A stretch of DNA of 64,000 nt from Amphiscolops sp. MND2022 (lineage: Eukaryota), in contig OZ076413.1 of NCBI GenBank assembly GCA_964187785.1, positions 43,774,001 to 43,838,000 of the forward strand, given 5' to 3'. The position numbers and the translations under genes were made by a program. The notes under the pieces are model-generated. The model did not search any database. It worked only from the letters and a program-made list of their open reading frames with translations, and had not been told where the DNA came from. Positions within the stretch are counted from its first letter, which is position 1; every line of letters begins with the position of its first letter. Shown one piece after another: positions 13,118 through 27,749 of the stretch.

Positions 13118-14143
13118 TTTTTAGTCGGCGCTTTTAGAGCAAAGTGCACGACTCTTACAGCAGGTAGTTTTAGCCACGCATGGTCCACTTTTTTACTCAT
13201 TTGTTCAACTTGAACTACGGATGTCCAAAACATACTGGAAACGTCAGAAGCTCAACTAAAACAAAACTGACGTCCAGAACCTCAAAAACAAACTAAGGAT
13301 CTCCACTTTGGAAATCTTGGTGTTTTTAACTGAGATTTTTTTCGGCACTGTTGACGTGGAACTCGAATAAGAATATAAAAGAATGAGAGGATGAAGAATG
13401 TATTATGTTGAAATGAATTGAAATGTTTTTGATCAACGTGTTTTCTCTCAAGGCTCATGTGGCAACTGATTCTAGCATAGAATTCTAGAGCTAGACTTTT
13501 GACAGGTTGTTAATACGTATTTACAAACACTTCAATGACCTCTACTACAGGCACTGAGACTTTTTTGGAATGAATTTGATCGCACTGAAGAATTCATTCA
13601 ATTCTTTTTATATTTTGCAACAGAATTAAAGTTTAAAATTTTCAAAGGGCCCCCCTTTTTTCGGCACTTTGACACTGTTCACAATTCCAATATATTCATT
13701 GATATTAGGTTTTCTCAATAAATATCCACCGATACTTTTTTTAAAACGATCCAAATTTGGAGGTGGAGGTTCGAAAATATTTGCTTGTATCCAAACTTCC
13801 GACGTTATATCCTATTTATATTGCGTTTTGGTAAGAAGGATGCAGACATTCGAAACAGAGCGCTCCTATTTGACCTCCCAGCACGCTATATCCGAACCTT
13901 TGACGTTATATCCGAACTATAGTAATTTTAATGAGGAGGAGGCATAGGATCAAAAAAAGCGCTCGCATTTGTCTCAACACGCTATATCCGAACTTCTGAA
14001 GCGTTCTCCGAGCACGAAAGGCACCCTTACGGTGTTTCGAAACTGAACATTTTTCATTTAAAAAACGTCTCGAGCTTATCCTAAAAACTTTACGTTTTTT
14101 GAGCCTTAGATATAGCGCCAACTTTAGACCGTTTTTATTGGTT
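13118..14143 (+). mobile_element. HINE-family copy carrying a nested solo LTR
   Basis: TTTTAGTCGGCGC...GCACGACTCTTACAG at the left end; GCGCCAACTTTAGACC...GGTT at the right end; internal ACG(C/T)TATATCC repeats. Confidence 0.7.
13349..13549. mobile_element. Solo LTR (201 bp) with 5-bp TSD
   Basis: TGTTG...CTACA flanked by GGCAC at 13344-48 and 13550-54. Confidence 0.82.
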
Positions 14144-14549
14144 CTCTGAAAAAAATCGTTTCCTACAAAATCAAGTTCTGCTTCTGAAAGATGACCGTAC
14201 AACAACGTCGTGGAGAAACTGCTAGGCTAAGTGAACATAACATGGACGTGACAGGTGTTTGTGCTGATTAATCTAACAGATCAGTCAGAATCATTGAAGC
14301 ACACATTCTGATCCTGATTGCTACCTCAATAACTGTTTCTTCCCGCAATAAAAAACTGTTTCTTCTTGTTTCCATAAACCTCTCGACTTTCCCAAAAGTA
14401 TTTCAAAATCAGCAAGATCGAATCAGTGTTTCTTTCAAGAAAAAAATACTAGTGGTAAAACTAGAGTGTAGGTCAATGGCGTTAATCGAGCAAGCTTTGT
14501 TTATGTTTTTGGAACGTTCCAGCGAACCCATTATTTATTGCAGAAAGAA

Positions 14550-14585
<36 letters not shown>

Positions 14586-14999
14586 CCCATTATTTGGGAC
14601 TAGAAACTTGTCAGGGCAATTGAGCTATGAAAGACAAATATAGAGTTTTTGTCAAAATGAGAGATTGCCAAAAGCAGGCATGGAAATCCCAGAAAACGAA
14701 CTGCCGTGGGACTATTCTCTTAGTCAAGAATTTGAATCATGTAGACGGCTGAGGATATAGCTAATGTAGCATTCAAAGGAACCATAAAACAGTTGTAAAA
14801 GCACCAGATTATTTTCTACAAAGAAAACCAGACCAGAAGTTTCGAAATGCTGTTCACAAAGAAGCGTAATTTTGATTGCGAATGCATTCAACAAACGCAG
14901 CATTCAAAACAGCTCAGGTTTTACCTTTACAAAATGCACGGAATCAACCTGACAACAATGGGTAGAATATTCTGCTCTACTAAATGGTAATGTCCAGCA

Positions 15000-15640
15000 G
15001 CCTTGTCACAGAACACCTGCTAGAACTTTTCCAAAATTTGAAGTACCGCACACATTTCACACACACGCCCGACACCCCGCTGTCCCCGACCGCGAGAACG
15101 CAGAAAAAGCAAGATGATATTGACAGAACACCCGTAGATGCACAGTGTTGAGTCATCCCTTCCAAAACGTCCCCACAAAGAGTTTGGCGGAAATGCGGAC
15201 GTTCCCAGAACTCGGAATCAAGATTCAACCCGTCTATGGACTGTTCCAAAACCCCCAAAAACTTCATGAAAGTGGTGAAAAAATCCATACTGGTTGATTG
15301 CGTGAGTTATTAATGTTGTTTTGGAGATGTACGATGATGCTGGATCTAGGAGATCCCCATTTTAGATCTTATTCCCCTAATATAAGGTATTTCAGCTAAA
15401 TGCCGTTTTTGGACTTCGGAATCATGTAGGAAGTTTCAGGAACCTTAGGAAATAATTTGTCCAGACTTTGAGAGTGCCGGCACGACGCCTCGGAGCTGTA
15501 ACATGATGAGCCTCCTTGACGTTTGAGAAGTCTCCATAGGAGACCCTTTTGGAATCAAAAACTAGTGTCTAGCGTTGTAGTAAGACAAGGGGCTTCTGTT
15601 TAAGCAACCTACGCATTATCCCAGCTCTAGGATGTACGCA
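15000..15640 (-). repeat. Inverted, more decayed copy of the TGTAA repeat family
   Basis: GAGTGCCGGCACGACGCCTCGGAGCT and AAAAACTAGTGT are reverse complements of blocks in the 18232 and 25488 copies. Confidence 0.65.
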
Positions 15641-18231
15641 GCATAATAAGCCCATGTGGAACTGAAACCGTTGAAGAGCCTTTACTACAATACGCAGTGG
15701 AACTTTTACCTTAAAAGTCTCTGGTAAAAACTTTCTTTTTTGGGAAGGTTTCAATTGGTTGCAGCACATAGAACTAATACCAAGGTAACTCACAAGAAAT
15801 GAGCCAATGGGAAAACGTATGCTGTTCAACAAAAGATGTTTAAATTTTTGATGAAAAGAATTGTTTCACAGTTTTTTTTGAGTCTTTATCCTAAATACAT
15901 TTACACTGAAATGCTGGTTTATTTTTGCTAGAATCTCTGGGGTGATTGCTTCAAGAGCAACTGTGCCCATTTCTCATCCTTATTCGGTAATAACTATGTT
16001 CAATCAATCAAGTAATAGTGCTAGTCAATTATTTAACTTCCTTTCGAAACATAAAATCTTAGCTTTAGAAACTGAAGTTTTTTTCTTATCCTCCCCAGTT
16101 TCTCTCAAAATTTTTATCACTTTTTCCACTCAATTCATTCATTGCCTCTTGGTTGGACTGTCCTTACAATATGAAAATGTTGCTTGGCGGCAACGTGTTT
16201 CCGAATCCCAAATGCCTTCCTTTATTTTTTGTCTTTTGAAGAAAACGTTTTGATAGGAGCAAAGAGTGCCCCTCTTGGCACTATGTGACTTAATGAAAAA
16301 TTACTTTGAATCATGAAATGTTTTTAATCCTGAAATTAACCCCTTGTGAATGTTCTTAGGTAACAGTTTACGAAAACTATCACACTGCCATTGTGCCTTT
16401 TTGGCATTGGTCTCCATTTTTAAAAAAGTTTCATGAACTTTCCCCAAACTCCAAGGTTTCACAATTAAAAATGTGAATTCAAATTTCTTGAAGTTTTCAA
16501 AAATGGTTTTAAAAAAAAGAACTATTCATTATTCTCAATAGCTACCATCTTGCATTTCCGTAAGAAGAAAAGCTTTCGCGCGAGAATGCATTTTTAGGGG
16601 AAACTTTTACCTAATTTTTTCTCCAAGGTGACATTTAATTTACGCTAATAAAACTTTTACGAATCGCAAAATCTTGCAGGTACAAGATACTTGTATATGG
16701 AGTAAATTTGGCAGTTACCAAAAACGTTTTTTTTTTTATTATTTCATACTAAAGGACTAATTGTAAGATATCCGCTTCGCTATCCACTTCGCAAATCCTA
16801 TGGATTAACTAAAATATTGATAATATCACTAGCTAGCTGATAACTTTCGAATACCGTCTCTTTTGTGTGATTAAAAGTCAACCTGAACTTTCAATGTTTG
16901 ATACTCTTTTGAAGCGGAAAGCTATATTAATTTTTAATGCATTGTAAAAGCACAATATCTGAGGTTAATTGACTCGTTCCTGATAATCGAAGAGTAAGAT
17001 CAGGACTATTAGTAAAGGAAATTATCAGTTCCATAAGAAAGATGAGAATTCGTATCGAAAAGATACGAATTGTAATATTACAATTAGAGTATGCGAAATA
17101 AGGATCATTTTTTGTAATGGATTGTATCAACTGCCATGGTTGGAAATTCCCCATAGTATTCAAAATCCGTTCAATTTCTAATGCACTTTTTAGTTTTAAC
17201 CGTAAGAAACGCCGTGCTTAATATTTCACTTGGAAAATACATTGTGTGTGGCCTGCAGACTTTGAGCGTATTCAACAATCTGAACTCATTGACTGACAAT
17301 GAAGATCTTGAAATCGGCAAAAATTTCCTGCTTTCTGTTTCTACATAGTTGATAAAATCGAAATCCAAAAAAGCACGGCTTCTGTTCTAGAAAATGTTTT
17401 TGGAAGCCTCAATGCCAAAAAATGCGATATTTTCGTTTATTTTTAAAGTTCCGAGATTAGTTTGAGATATTGAACTAGGCAAAGGCAGGACACTTTGGAC
17501 ATCCGGAAGCCTTAAGAAAAAGCAATGAGAAACTGTGACTGCCAATGTGAAGTATGTGATCTGCTGGAAGCGAAAAAAAAACACACCAAAACAGCCCATG
17601 TCAGCGAGCCAACTAAGGCCTAAAAAGAGCTTTAAAAAGTCTTTCAAACAAGCACGGGAACAATCAGACTATTCTCATAGAACATTCTCACAGTGCCAAA
17701 AAATCAGAAAGAAGACATTTTGAGCTCGAACAATGAAAAGTGGGATTTGAGTCAACGAGGTACTTTGTCTCACCAGGTTTTACCACGTAGCTTGTTACCA
17801 CTTGTGAACACGCTTCTTGTATCTTCTGTCCAAGCCACTGGCAGAACCTCCGGTTGTTCTCGAACTGCATGAACTTCCATGTTGAGCACTCTGTACAGGA
17901 TTTGTCGAAAATTGACTAGTCATGAATACAGTTTTGAAATTGAAATTAGCTGACTGAAAAGTGCTCTACAAGACGAACACGCCTCCTAAATGAAGCTTTA
18001 AGAAAATTTTTCTGAGAATATGTACAGATCTGTACAGATCCTGACAGATATTCCAGGATTTGTTTGAAAACTAACCATACGAAAATGACCATGAATTTAC
18101 TATACCGTATTCCAAGTTTCCAGCAGCTACTAAAACTACTCCAGCAAATTATGTTCCCGTAATATTACAACCACATCACTTTATCAACACCTCTACCAAG
18201 GCATACGGTAGGTACATGGCCAATTACATCC

Positions 18232-19130
18232 TGTAATGTCAAGCTAGTAACGCGCATACTAGAACTGGGACAATGCTCAGGTTACCTAGACAGGAGACTA
18301 TAGTCCTAAAGCTAACCTAAACACTAGTTTTTAGTCCCTAAAGGTCTTCTAGGGTACTTTTTCATACGTCTAAGGAGAATTCTCAAATCAGAGCTCCGTG
18401 GCGACGTGCCGGCACACTCGAAATCCGGACACGTCCCACAAGCCTGTAAAAACATATTTAAGGTTCCTGCATACTCCCGAGGTCCAAAAATGGGGTTTAG
18501 CCAAAGTACATTATAATTGCAGAATAAGGTCTAAAATCAGCAAAATTGGGATCTGGTAGATCCAGTTCCATCAAGAATCTGCTAAATAACATGATTTAAA
18601 ATGAAATACACTGTAACTAGCACATCCTGCTCTCTCGTGAAGTTTTCAGAGTTTTCGGGGTGCACCATTGATGGGTTTGGCTTATTTTTTGGGTTTTCCA
18701 GGATGTTTTCTGGACAAGACGGCACACAACTGTGATCTTATATTTTCTCTCACTTTTGAGGCTCTTCTCTGACTCTCTTTTGCTATCGTATCGGGTCTGG
18801 GGTGGGGGTGTTTTGCACGTTTTTTCTCTTCTTTTTCGAGTTTGGGTAGCTGCCAGGTCGGCCATCTTAATTTTGAAGATTGTCGCACATTATCGACTTT
18901 TCGAACGATTTTTTGCAGCATCGGTTGCTGGAAGTTACATCTTCCCCGGGCCGTAGTCTGACGTCCTCGGCAAACGAGAGAATGATACATAGCCAGCGGG
19001 TCTCAGCAACATTCTTCCAGTTTTTACTTTGATCTAATTATTCAAAATTTTCTACACAGTTTTAGTTGCCCTTTTTGATGTTCAAGTAGATAAAAAAGTT
19101 TCTCTAAAAACTCTGGCCATTTGTTCTTTT
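18232..19130 (+). repeat. Old dispersed repeat starting TGTAA (LTR-like); other copies at 25488-~26380 (+) and ~15000-15640 (-)
   Basis: Shared blocks GAGCTCCGTGGCGACGTGCCGGCACACTC, ACACTAGTTTTT and GGTCGGCCAT. Both + copies start at the same TGTAA with unrelated upstream sequence. The 3' boundary is unclear. Confidence 0.7.
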
Positions 19131-21179
19131 CCAACCTAACTAGAAGTTTTTTAAGGGTAGTAACACCTACGTGACACAAAAGAACAAGAAAAACTCTAAT
19201 GCGGAATTTTAATTGCACTTCCCATTTTTTTAATGTAGGAAGGTACCAAGTTGGGACCTACCTACCAGGTAGTGTAATAAAGTATCCATCGTCATCCAAC
19301 TAAACTTAATTGGCACTTGATATAATAACAAAAATAGCACTTGGGTAAAGTACGTTTGTTGAGTAGTTTTGGTTTCATTTTGGGAATCAGTTTGATTGCA
19401 AGCTAATAGTTTTCAACCTTCTACCATCATTGATGACATAAATCAGCTGCCTTATCTTGACTTTGCAATTCCTCGTACAAAGTTTGTGCAAGCATCTGAT
19501 ATAGGCAATCCTTGCTGATTAACACTAGGAAGCTCATTTAGCTCGGATTCAAAATCTGCAGCTTCCATTTCTGCTTTTGACATATGCGAGTCATCTTGTA
19601 GCGTTGTCACGCCAATAGATAGAGCAGCTGAAGAGTCTGTTGGTGCAAGGTAGATTTGATCTGTCACTTCAGTTGTCTCTACTCCAGGAGTGAGGAGCCA
19701 GCCTGGCTTGAATGTGACACCACTGAAAGTGAACTGCAGAAACTTCCGTATGTTCTGCTGCCCGTTGTTCCACGGTAGTGCCCACCGGGCGTAACTCTGG
19801 CAGCTTGTCTGCGAGCTGTTTATGTCCATACTTTATGAACGCTTGACATTACAATCCATCAAAACGAAGTCAATGCTCAAACCATCCTCTCAAATTTGAA
19901 CAACCACTTCTGGAAAATTCAAGTGAAATGGATAAATTACCGTGTATAACCTATACCGAACATTCCCAGACACCAAAATTACCGTGATGGGGACAAGTTT
20001 TCCTGCTAGAGAATTTTGAGTGCTGAAGAGTTTGAGCTGACTGAGCCTTGGTCAGTCACAATACTTGCTAAACTACATTGTTTCACTGGAAGGTCTGGAA
20101 AAAAAATTTCCTGAAAAATTTGTACAGAAAATCTTTGCAAATCTGTAAAGATCCTTGCAGATCTGCAGTTGTCCTTACGTAGCATCAATGGCACGGTCTG
20201 TACAGACCCTCAAGGATATTAGGCTAACAGATGTGCACATATTCTGAAGGAAAGCTAAACATGGGTTGCTTCCGTCTCTACTTTGACCACCCTTGTTTGG
20301 CCAAAAAGCTAAAGTCGCAAAAGATAACATCAGAAATTGCAATAGTTGAGGAAAACTTGAGATATAATTCCAAATTTCGTATTTGTTTTTTTTGGGATTT
20401 CTCCCATTGATAAGCCAAAACTTCCTGACTAAATTTTCGGGAAGAAAGCTTTGTGGACCTCTATGGTCACAAAATCAATGAAAGCAAAAAAAAAAGAAAG
20501 ATCCAAGTTGAGCTTTTTTAAGAGTTTCCAAAAACTTCTATTTTAAAAACTGCATCAGTTCAAATGCGTGTTCAAATGTTTCAAATGTTTTAATGGTTTT
20601 TGCTGCGTTGTCGAACCAAATGTTTTCCCCGGAACATTTTCAAAAAATCTTTACCATCTATACTTAACTTAAACACGTGAGCTATTAAATTGCACACAAC
20701 AACTTTTTGGGTTGTTTGATTGACCAACAACAATCGACTTCAAACCTCGCTTGTTCTGCTCTTTCGTTTAAAATATATCGGGTTGTTTTAATATACAGGA
20801 AACAACAATATTCAATTGTTTAAATTTGTCGCACGAATTTGTTTTCATAATCACTCGTACGGGTTCAGTTTGTTTCCGATAGCACGAGTTCAACTCAAAT
20901 TTGTCCAAAAATATGAGAACAGACATGGTCAGAAAAATTTTCAAAGACACCCCTTTTTAAAGTTACTTCTAGAGACCAAAATGAACCAGCGCCTCACAAT
21001 ACTGTGTCGAGACAAATGCAGTCTCGAAAAAAAATCTGAAGCGAAGACCTTTTGTTCTCAATGGCCCAGCAAACCTGCTTCAAAAATACTCATGGGATGC
21101 TTGTTTTTTCCAGGTAACGTTCTACAGATGAAAGAAACGCGGTAATTGACGTAAACATATTTGACCGATTAGCTTTACC

Positions 21180-21660
21180 AACAAATGTGTGCATGGGCGT
21201 GCAAACATAGTTCAGAATCTGTTAAGGCCAAGAAGAAGCATAGAAGTCGCGCGTAAAAATCTAACGTTTGCAGCAGAGAAACACGACATCATCCTTCCTC
21301 TTGACAACTGAGGCGCTGAAAACTTATTCCACCTTGCAGCAAGTTATGGAATTCACAAGGCAACTCTGACAAAAGTTTTTTGAACCGGAGAAAGCATTTT
21401 CTCTCATAGTAATGAAATCGTTCCTGATCGAAGTGCAAGTTTCTTTTAAGAGGGTATGTCTTCGCTGAGTTGACAGCTATTAGGCCGGTGTTGAGAACCT
21501 TAAAAATTGAAGAAAAAACTGTTTTGCCATTGTACAATATAGTATCCAGGACATGTTCGAAGAGAACGAAACATTATCGCGACTTTTCAACACTTTTGGA
21601 ATGATGATGCCTTTTAGCTGCATGTTTTCAAACTACAAGCCGATAGTTCGATCAAAAGAG
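21180..21660 (+). pseudogene. Possible decayed ankyrin-repeat coding fragment
   Basis: KCVHGRANIVQNLL, DN*GAENLFHLAASYG and NTFGMMMPFSCMFSNYKPIV resemble ankyrin consensus D..G.T.LH.AA..G...IV..LL; stops present. Confidence 0.3.
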
Positions 21661-24167
21661 AGTGATGTCTTCTTATTTTCGCAGGTGTTGCAATCTAAGA
21701 TTATTCCCGAAAAACACATGTTTTTTCTTCTTATTTTGCAAACCATTTGCAACATATTTTGATATCAAGGATTTCGAACATTTCAAACATTTCAATAACA
21801 GCGTCCTAACAACTAACTCCCAAAAAATTGCTAAAACTGTCAATTCAAAATGCAACTTGTGATTATACATATTTGAATGACTCAAAAGTGTGTTTTTGTG
21901 TTTTCTGGATGTTTCGTCTACAATTAATGAATGAAGTTTTCAATTTGGTTTCCTTAAAGCTATAGTTGTTGCTTGACAAGATGTTGTCACAAATATATAT
22001 TTTCAAAAAATTGTCTATGAAATAATTCTTTGATCCTGAATTGTTCGCTTTAGACGTTTTGGTCACTTTGAGATTCTTCGTGAAAGCCACAATGATTACT
22101 TATCTTATAAAAGACTTTGCGCCTTTGAGCCTTAAGCAGGCGCCATTTTGAGCCGTGGTTGACTTGTTCGAACAAGTGTGACTGACGCGCTAAACGAGTG
22201 ATTTCCGGCTTAGGATGTTTTTTTCTTTTTCTGTTACACAATAGTTTGTTTTTCGCCGTTTTCACTCAGTCTTGTTGTCTCACTTTTCACTGCTGCGCCG
22301 CTTTCATCTGACTTTCAAAAATACAGAAGGAATTGATGCAATCTTAGAAGCGCATCGGAACTAGACATAAAGCTACCACGATGCCTATGAGTTTTTCAAA
22401 CCTTTCTGTTTTGATTTGAGTTTTGGTGATGTCGCAAATTTTCATCTTTCAAGAGAGACATCCAACAGCTACAACCCGCAATCTCAACCTACTGCCTGTA
22501 AAAATGTCCTAATTTCGCTACAGAAATGCGTCCTTTTAATTTTGGTCTTTTCTTTAATTTTTGGTTTTAATTCGGTCAAATCGTCTTTCGGTTTGCAAAA
22601 TTTGACGCATTTTCTTTGGAAAGTAATTGGAAAGTATTTGTGAGATCACTCCAGTACAAGTTTGCACAATTGTATCCATGAAGCAAGAAAATGTCTTGAA
22701 AACAAAAGTGAACGCGACGTCTTCAGTCGAAGCTTCCTTCTGTTTTGTATATTTCCTGGTTCACTAGTTAAATTTGCTGGCAAATTACCATGCTGCTTTG
22801 ATGCATACAAGACTTTTTTTTACAATACATGGAATATTCCGAGAGCCTGCTGGGAAAGATTTTGAAATATTAAAAGACAGCGTCCACTATTTCAATCTCA
22901 CCGTCTGCAGAAATTTCATCTTCATCTTGTCGATCACTTTGTTTTGTTTTCACTCTAATTTCTCTAGGACTTATTTTCTGATGTGATTTTGTAAATAAAC
23001 AACAAAGCATTTTGATCAAAAATTTTCTATTTTAATATGAAACTACTCAATTAAAACTCATTGGATTCTCAGTCGAATCACAGCAACTGGGGAAAAAGAC
23101 TCAAGGACCTGTTCATGCATGCAAAAATTCATCCCAAAATGCAGCCTCATGCTAAAATTCAGTATTGAAGGATGAGAAGACAGAGACAAGGTTCCGTGTG
23201 GTCAAATAGTTCACATCAAAACCACGTGAGAAAGGCGATAAAGAAGTAGTGGACTGCGCCTTATTTGGTTATAGAGATTGAACTTATGAAATCAAATTTT
23301 CTAGTAAATTCCGACTTTTAGCTTTTTCCAGGCCATGCCTGTCGTTTCTTTGTACTTGAACCGCTGCTTGATTGATGATTTTATTTAGTACAACTTTTGC
23401 TAACAACAGTTTCAGAAGATTAACACGAAAAACAACACTTTTTTTACTTCCAAGGGCCTCATAAGTAAACTCTGCCAGCTATTTGTATTGAGGCCAATTT
23501 GGAGAAATTGGATATTTTTTGAACAACCTCACGACAGCGAACTCCGATATTATAAACTGAAGATCAATTCAGTATTTCTGAGAAATAAAATGCTGGTTTT
23601 GCAAGCATTCATTTGGCTATTTTTGCATTTTTCAGAATTATGGGATTTCTGCCATCGCACAGTCAACTTTCGAATTCTATATTTCAGAGAAAACATGGTT
23701 TCAATATGCACAAAAATGTGTTTCAAAACTTTTGGCCAAGTTTGGGGACCATGTCTAGGGACCTCTATAGTCACAAAAACGAGTGAAAGGTTCAGACAGG
23801 AAAAAAGAGATAAGAAAAAATGTATTTTGGGAAATTTTTGAACTTTTTTAAGCAATAACTCAGAAACTACTACTCAGAAGAAAAGCATCCATCGATCATT
23901 TTGGTAGCCGTGATATCGATCTTTAACTTTCACATTTCACCTTTATTCTGAAAATGATTTCTTGAAAAAATGAGCAGCCAAAAAACACTTGTAAATTCGT
24001 CAAAACAATATTTTTACAGAGTAAAAAGTGGCGATTTCATAACTTGTGATCATTTTGCGTCGTAAATTCGTAAGAAGGGCGATTTCAGAAAAAGTGTTAA
24101 ATTTTTATGTTAGAAATTTGAATTTAAAAAAAAAACAAAAACTGTCTCAATCATTTTCTGTTAAGAA

Positions 24168-25142
24168 CCCGGGTTGACCCACTTACTAGCATCTTGGCAG
24201 CCATGGCAAGATCTTGGCAAATTCTTACTACATTTTGGCAACCATGCATCCCATGGCAAGATTCTTATTCAGATCTTACAAAAACGTATCATTATCCCAA
24301 AATCGTATCTTATTACGATGGACAAAACTCTAAGTTTATAAAAAACACTATACCTTCGGTACAAGCAGCAAGAGATTCAATCAAAAGGATCATTTTACAT
24401 TTTTCAACTCGTTTCCATTATAAAAATGCTTCAACCTGCTGAAACAAATTCGCCTAGGAAAATGTACGAAAAAGTACGATAACGTATTCTGGCTTCCAAA
24501 ATTCTGACGAGAATACTACTAACTCCTCACTGTTTAAGACTGAGAAATGCGAATGTACCAAATGAAAAGTCATTTCAAGGGCTGTTGAAAACTTGTAATT
24601 TCTCACGCCTGTCGATTCCAGAGACGGAGAAAAATGCTCTCAAGCGTCCAGATGCACTTTCGGAAAGTTACACAGGGAACAGCTAGAAATCCGGAAAACT
24701 TTGAAAATTCATATCTACCTTTCTTTGAGCCTGTCTGTTTCAGCAGCCCTATCACTGCTGGAAATAGCGGTCATTAACCCTGTTTGGGTAATGATTCAGC
24801 TCGAGGCTTTTCTGACGCCGTTTTCAATTTAATATGTGCCTCCCTGAATAAACAGCATAAGGACTCTTCAATCATATTTTATACGTATACCTTGCTAACA
24901 AAAAATTGTCATGTCTAACAATGTAAATCTGCATACATGTTGATTTTTGTTGACTTCCCTTCAGATTTTTTGTGGCCAAACAGTATATTACTATAAAATT
25001 TTTCTTAGGAACATGGCTCTCTTGATAAGATCTTACCATAGCAAAATAAATTCCATGGCAAGATCTTGACAAGATCTTAGCTGAGATTGTTCCTAAATGT
25101 TGCCAAGATCTCACTAAGATATGCATGGAAGGTCTACCCTAG
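24168..25142. mobile_element. CACTA/EnSpm-type non-autonomous element
   Basis: Imperfect TIR CCCGGGTTGACC / GGTCTACCCTAG, AA on both flanks, and subterminal CCATGGCAAGATCTT repeats at both ends. Confidence 0.7.
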
Positions 25143-25487
25143 AACAGCTGTGAATTATTGGAGGCCTCTGCTCTTGAGCGTGTTTTCTGAGTCTTCTCAG
25201 TTGCTCTTTCTTTCTCTCGACGTTGTCTCAGCGATCTTTTTCCTCTGATGTGAGTGTTCTTTTTCTTCTTTCCAAATTCTTTGACTATCAAGTGAAGTCA
25301 AAGTAAAACAGTGGGCGATGAAAAAATGTTGTGGTAACGGTTTTGTCAAAACCTTTTGTAAACTTCAAAGTGCACCAAATAGTGAATCTACCTGGACGTC
25401 GTTTCTGATACAACAACTTATTAGCATCTGGGCACAGTGTTTCAGCCATTTTCTGAATCGCCTCGGTTGAAGCATGGATAGTCAAAA

Positions 25488-26380
25488 TGTAACGTCAAGC
25501 TAGCAGCTACATTCTAGAACGGGAACAATGCCCAGGATGCCTAGACAGGATACCATGGTCCTACAACAACCTGAACACTAGTTTTTTGTCCCTAAAAGTC
25601 TCCTAGGGGACTTTTCCATTGGTCTAAAGAGATTCCTCAAATGAGAGCTCCGTGGCGACGTGCCGGCACACTCAAAGTCTGGACACGTCCCACAAGCACG
25701 TAAAAACGTTTCCTAAGGTTCCTGCGCCCTGCTACATACTTCCGAGGTCCAAAAATGAGGTCTAGCTGAAATAGATTTTATTGGGGGAATAAGTTCTAAA
25801 TCCACCAAAATAGGGATCTAGTATATCCACTATCATCGCAAATCTGCTAAACAACATCAAAAATATCAAAACAAACTGGAATTCGTCACATTCAAGGTTT
25901 GTATCCAGTTTTTAGGGTTTTTTTGGGTAACCTTCGAAAAGATTCTCCTTTCTTCTGGGGCATTTTCTTGGGGTAGATGGCACAAAACCGCGTTTTTCTG
26001 GCAGTTCTCAGCTCTTCTGGGGTCTCTGACACTGTCTTCTGGGATCTTGAGGGCTTTTCGGGGGTTCCGGGGGTTTTTTCGGCACTTTTTCGTCCTTCTT
26101 TCTCGCTTTTTAGGGACCTGCTAGGTCGGCCATTTTGAATGATCTTATTTGATATCGCACATTTTTTGAATTTCAACGAAATTTTCAAAACTTGATACAA
26201 CGTCCTTTGCTGGACGTTACACAAGTTTGTAGTGATTTTGAAAATATGCAAATGTTACAACTCAAAAACTGACTCTAAGGTTTTGAGTTTCCCAGTAATT
26301 TAAAATTCAACTCATGGTTAAAATGTCGGACTGCAGAATAAAAAAAAGTGTTTTTGAAAACTCTCAGTGTTTGTTCTGAG
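25488..26380 (+). repeat. Second + strand copy of the TGTAA repeat family
   Basis: Colinear with 18232-19130. Confidence 0.7.
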
Positions 26381-26781
26381 TTGGGAAACGCATGCCTAAT
26401 TTATCAACAGGTACCATTTTGGAGCATTGCTTCTGATTACACGCCATATACAAAATTTTAATCGTTGCTTAAGCCGAAGATTTTTGGATTTATAAGCTAT
26501 TTGGCACTGTCAAGAGTTGTAATTTAGACACATACCTCAAAATGGGAAGTTACAGCTTGATTGTGATGCTTATCTCTTTGTTTTACGACTTTTCACACCA
26601 GCCAAGCTGGATTGCGCAACTTCTTAGTATTGCGTAATACTTTTTATGTTGCGCCATGGCTAGTTTATAGCTGCTGCCGGGGTTGCAAGACACGGATACC
26701 GTTTCCATAACAGCAAGCATTGATAAAGCAAAATCAATCGACGCTTTTATGGAGATCAATCGATTTGAATATTCAATATTT

Positions 26782-26804
26782 TCTCTCTCCGACTCTCTCT
26801 CTCA

Positions 26805-26853
<49 letters not shown>
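26782..26853. repeat. (CT)n microsatellite followed by a T run
   Basis: Seen directly. Confidence 0.9.
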
Positions 26854-26862
<9 letters not shown>

Positions 26863-27749
26863 TTTTGCGCGTGAATAATCTGGAAAGATGGAAATTTCCA
26901 CTGCGTCATCTCAAGTTGAAGGAAAAATGAAGCGTGAAATGTTTAAATGGACTTTTCAGAGACAGAGAGGGAAAAGAAGACGGAAGTAAGGATTTGATGA
27001 CGTGGGCGGGAAAGTACAAGGTGAAAGCAAAGAGGTGATAGGATTAGATTTAATGGAATTCAATAGCTGATTAATGTTTAATTACACAGTCTTACTGTTA
27101 ACGCGGTTTGTTATCGGGTTACCTATTAACCAGAATGTGAATACAGCATCGAATTTCCCAGCACAGTTTCCCAGCTTTCGCCTCTTGTTATTAGCCGCTT
27201 AATTTGAGTTGCCATTGCGACGTGCAAACCCCTCCCAGGAGCAGGGAGCGTAATTGAATTTGTTAAAACTCCCGAGGAACTTGCAATTGTGGGGACATCG
27301 AAACAAGAGTCTTTCCATCCAATTGCATTATGCACCCGGACCACGTTCTCACCCTGTAATTGCGACAAAAGCCGCCAACGAAGGCTTCAATTAAATTTGT
27401 CATTACAAAAGATGCGCCCAGCAGTCTTGAATAAATTATAATAATGACAATGTGTTGCAGTGCTAAAATTGAAACCGCTATACGCAATGTACATCACCAC
27501 CTATAGGTATATACCTCAACTTCACGTATACCTCCAGTTCAGCTACAACAAACTCGCAAATCTTCCATGATTTGCGCACACGTTTGTATGTTTTTTACAA
27601 GATTCTTACCAAATCTTTGATGATTTTTCGATGTTCTCATTTGGCTTATATCACAATTTCCAACATCTTTCGTTTTCAGTATATTAACAGAATTAGCAAG
27701 CACGGGGGTGGGATTAAGAAAGATTGAAACGCGGATTGGGTGGTTTTCG

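Noticed and set aside
17640..17870. SWIM-zinc-finger-like peptide (YLVDSNPTFHCSS...HC)
   Set aside because: Needs a frameshift and lacks key ligands; too weak to call a MULE remnant.
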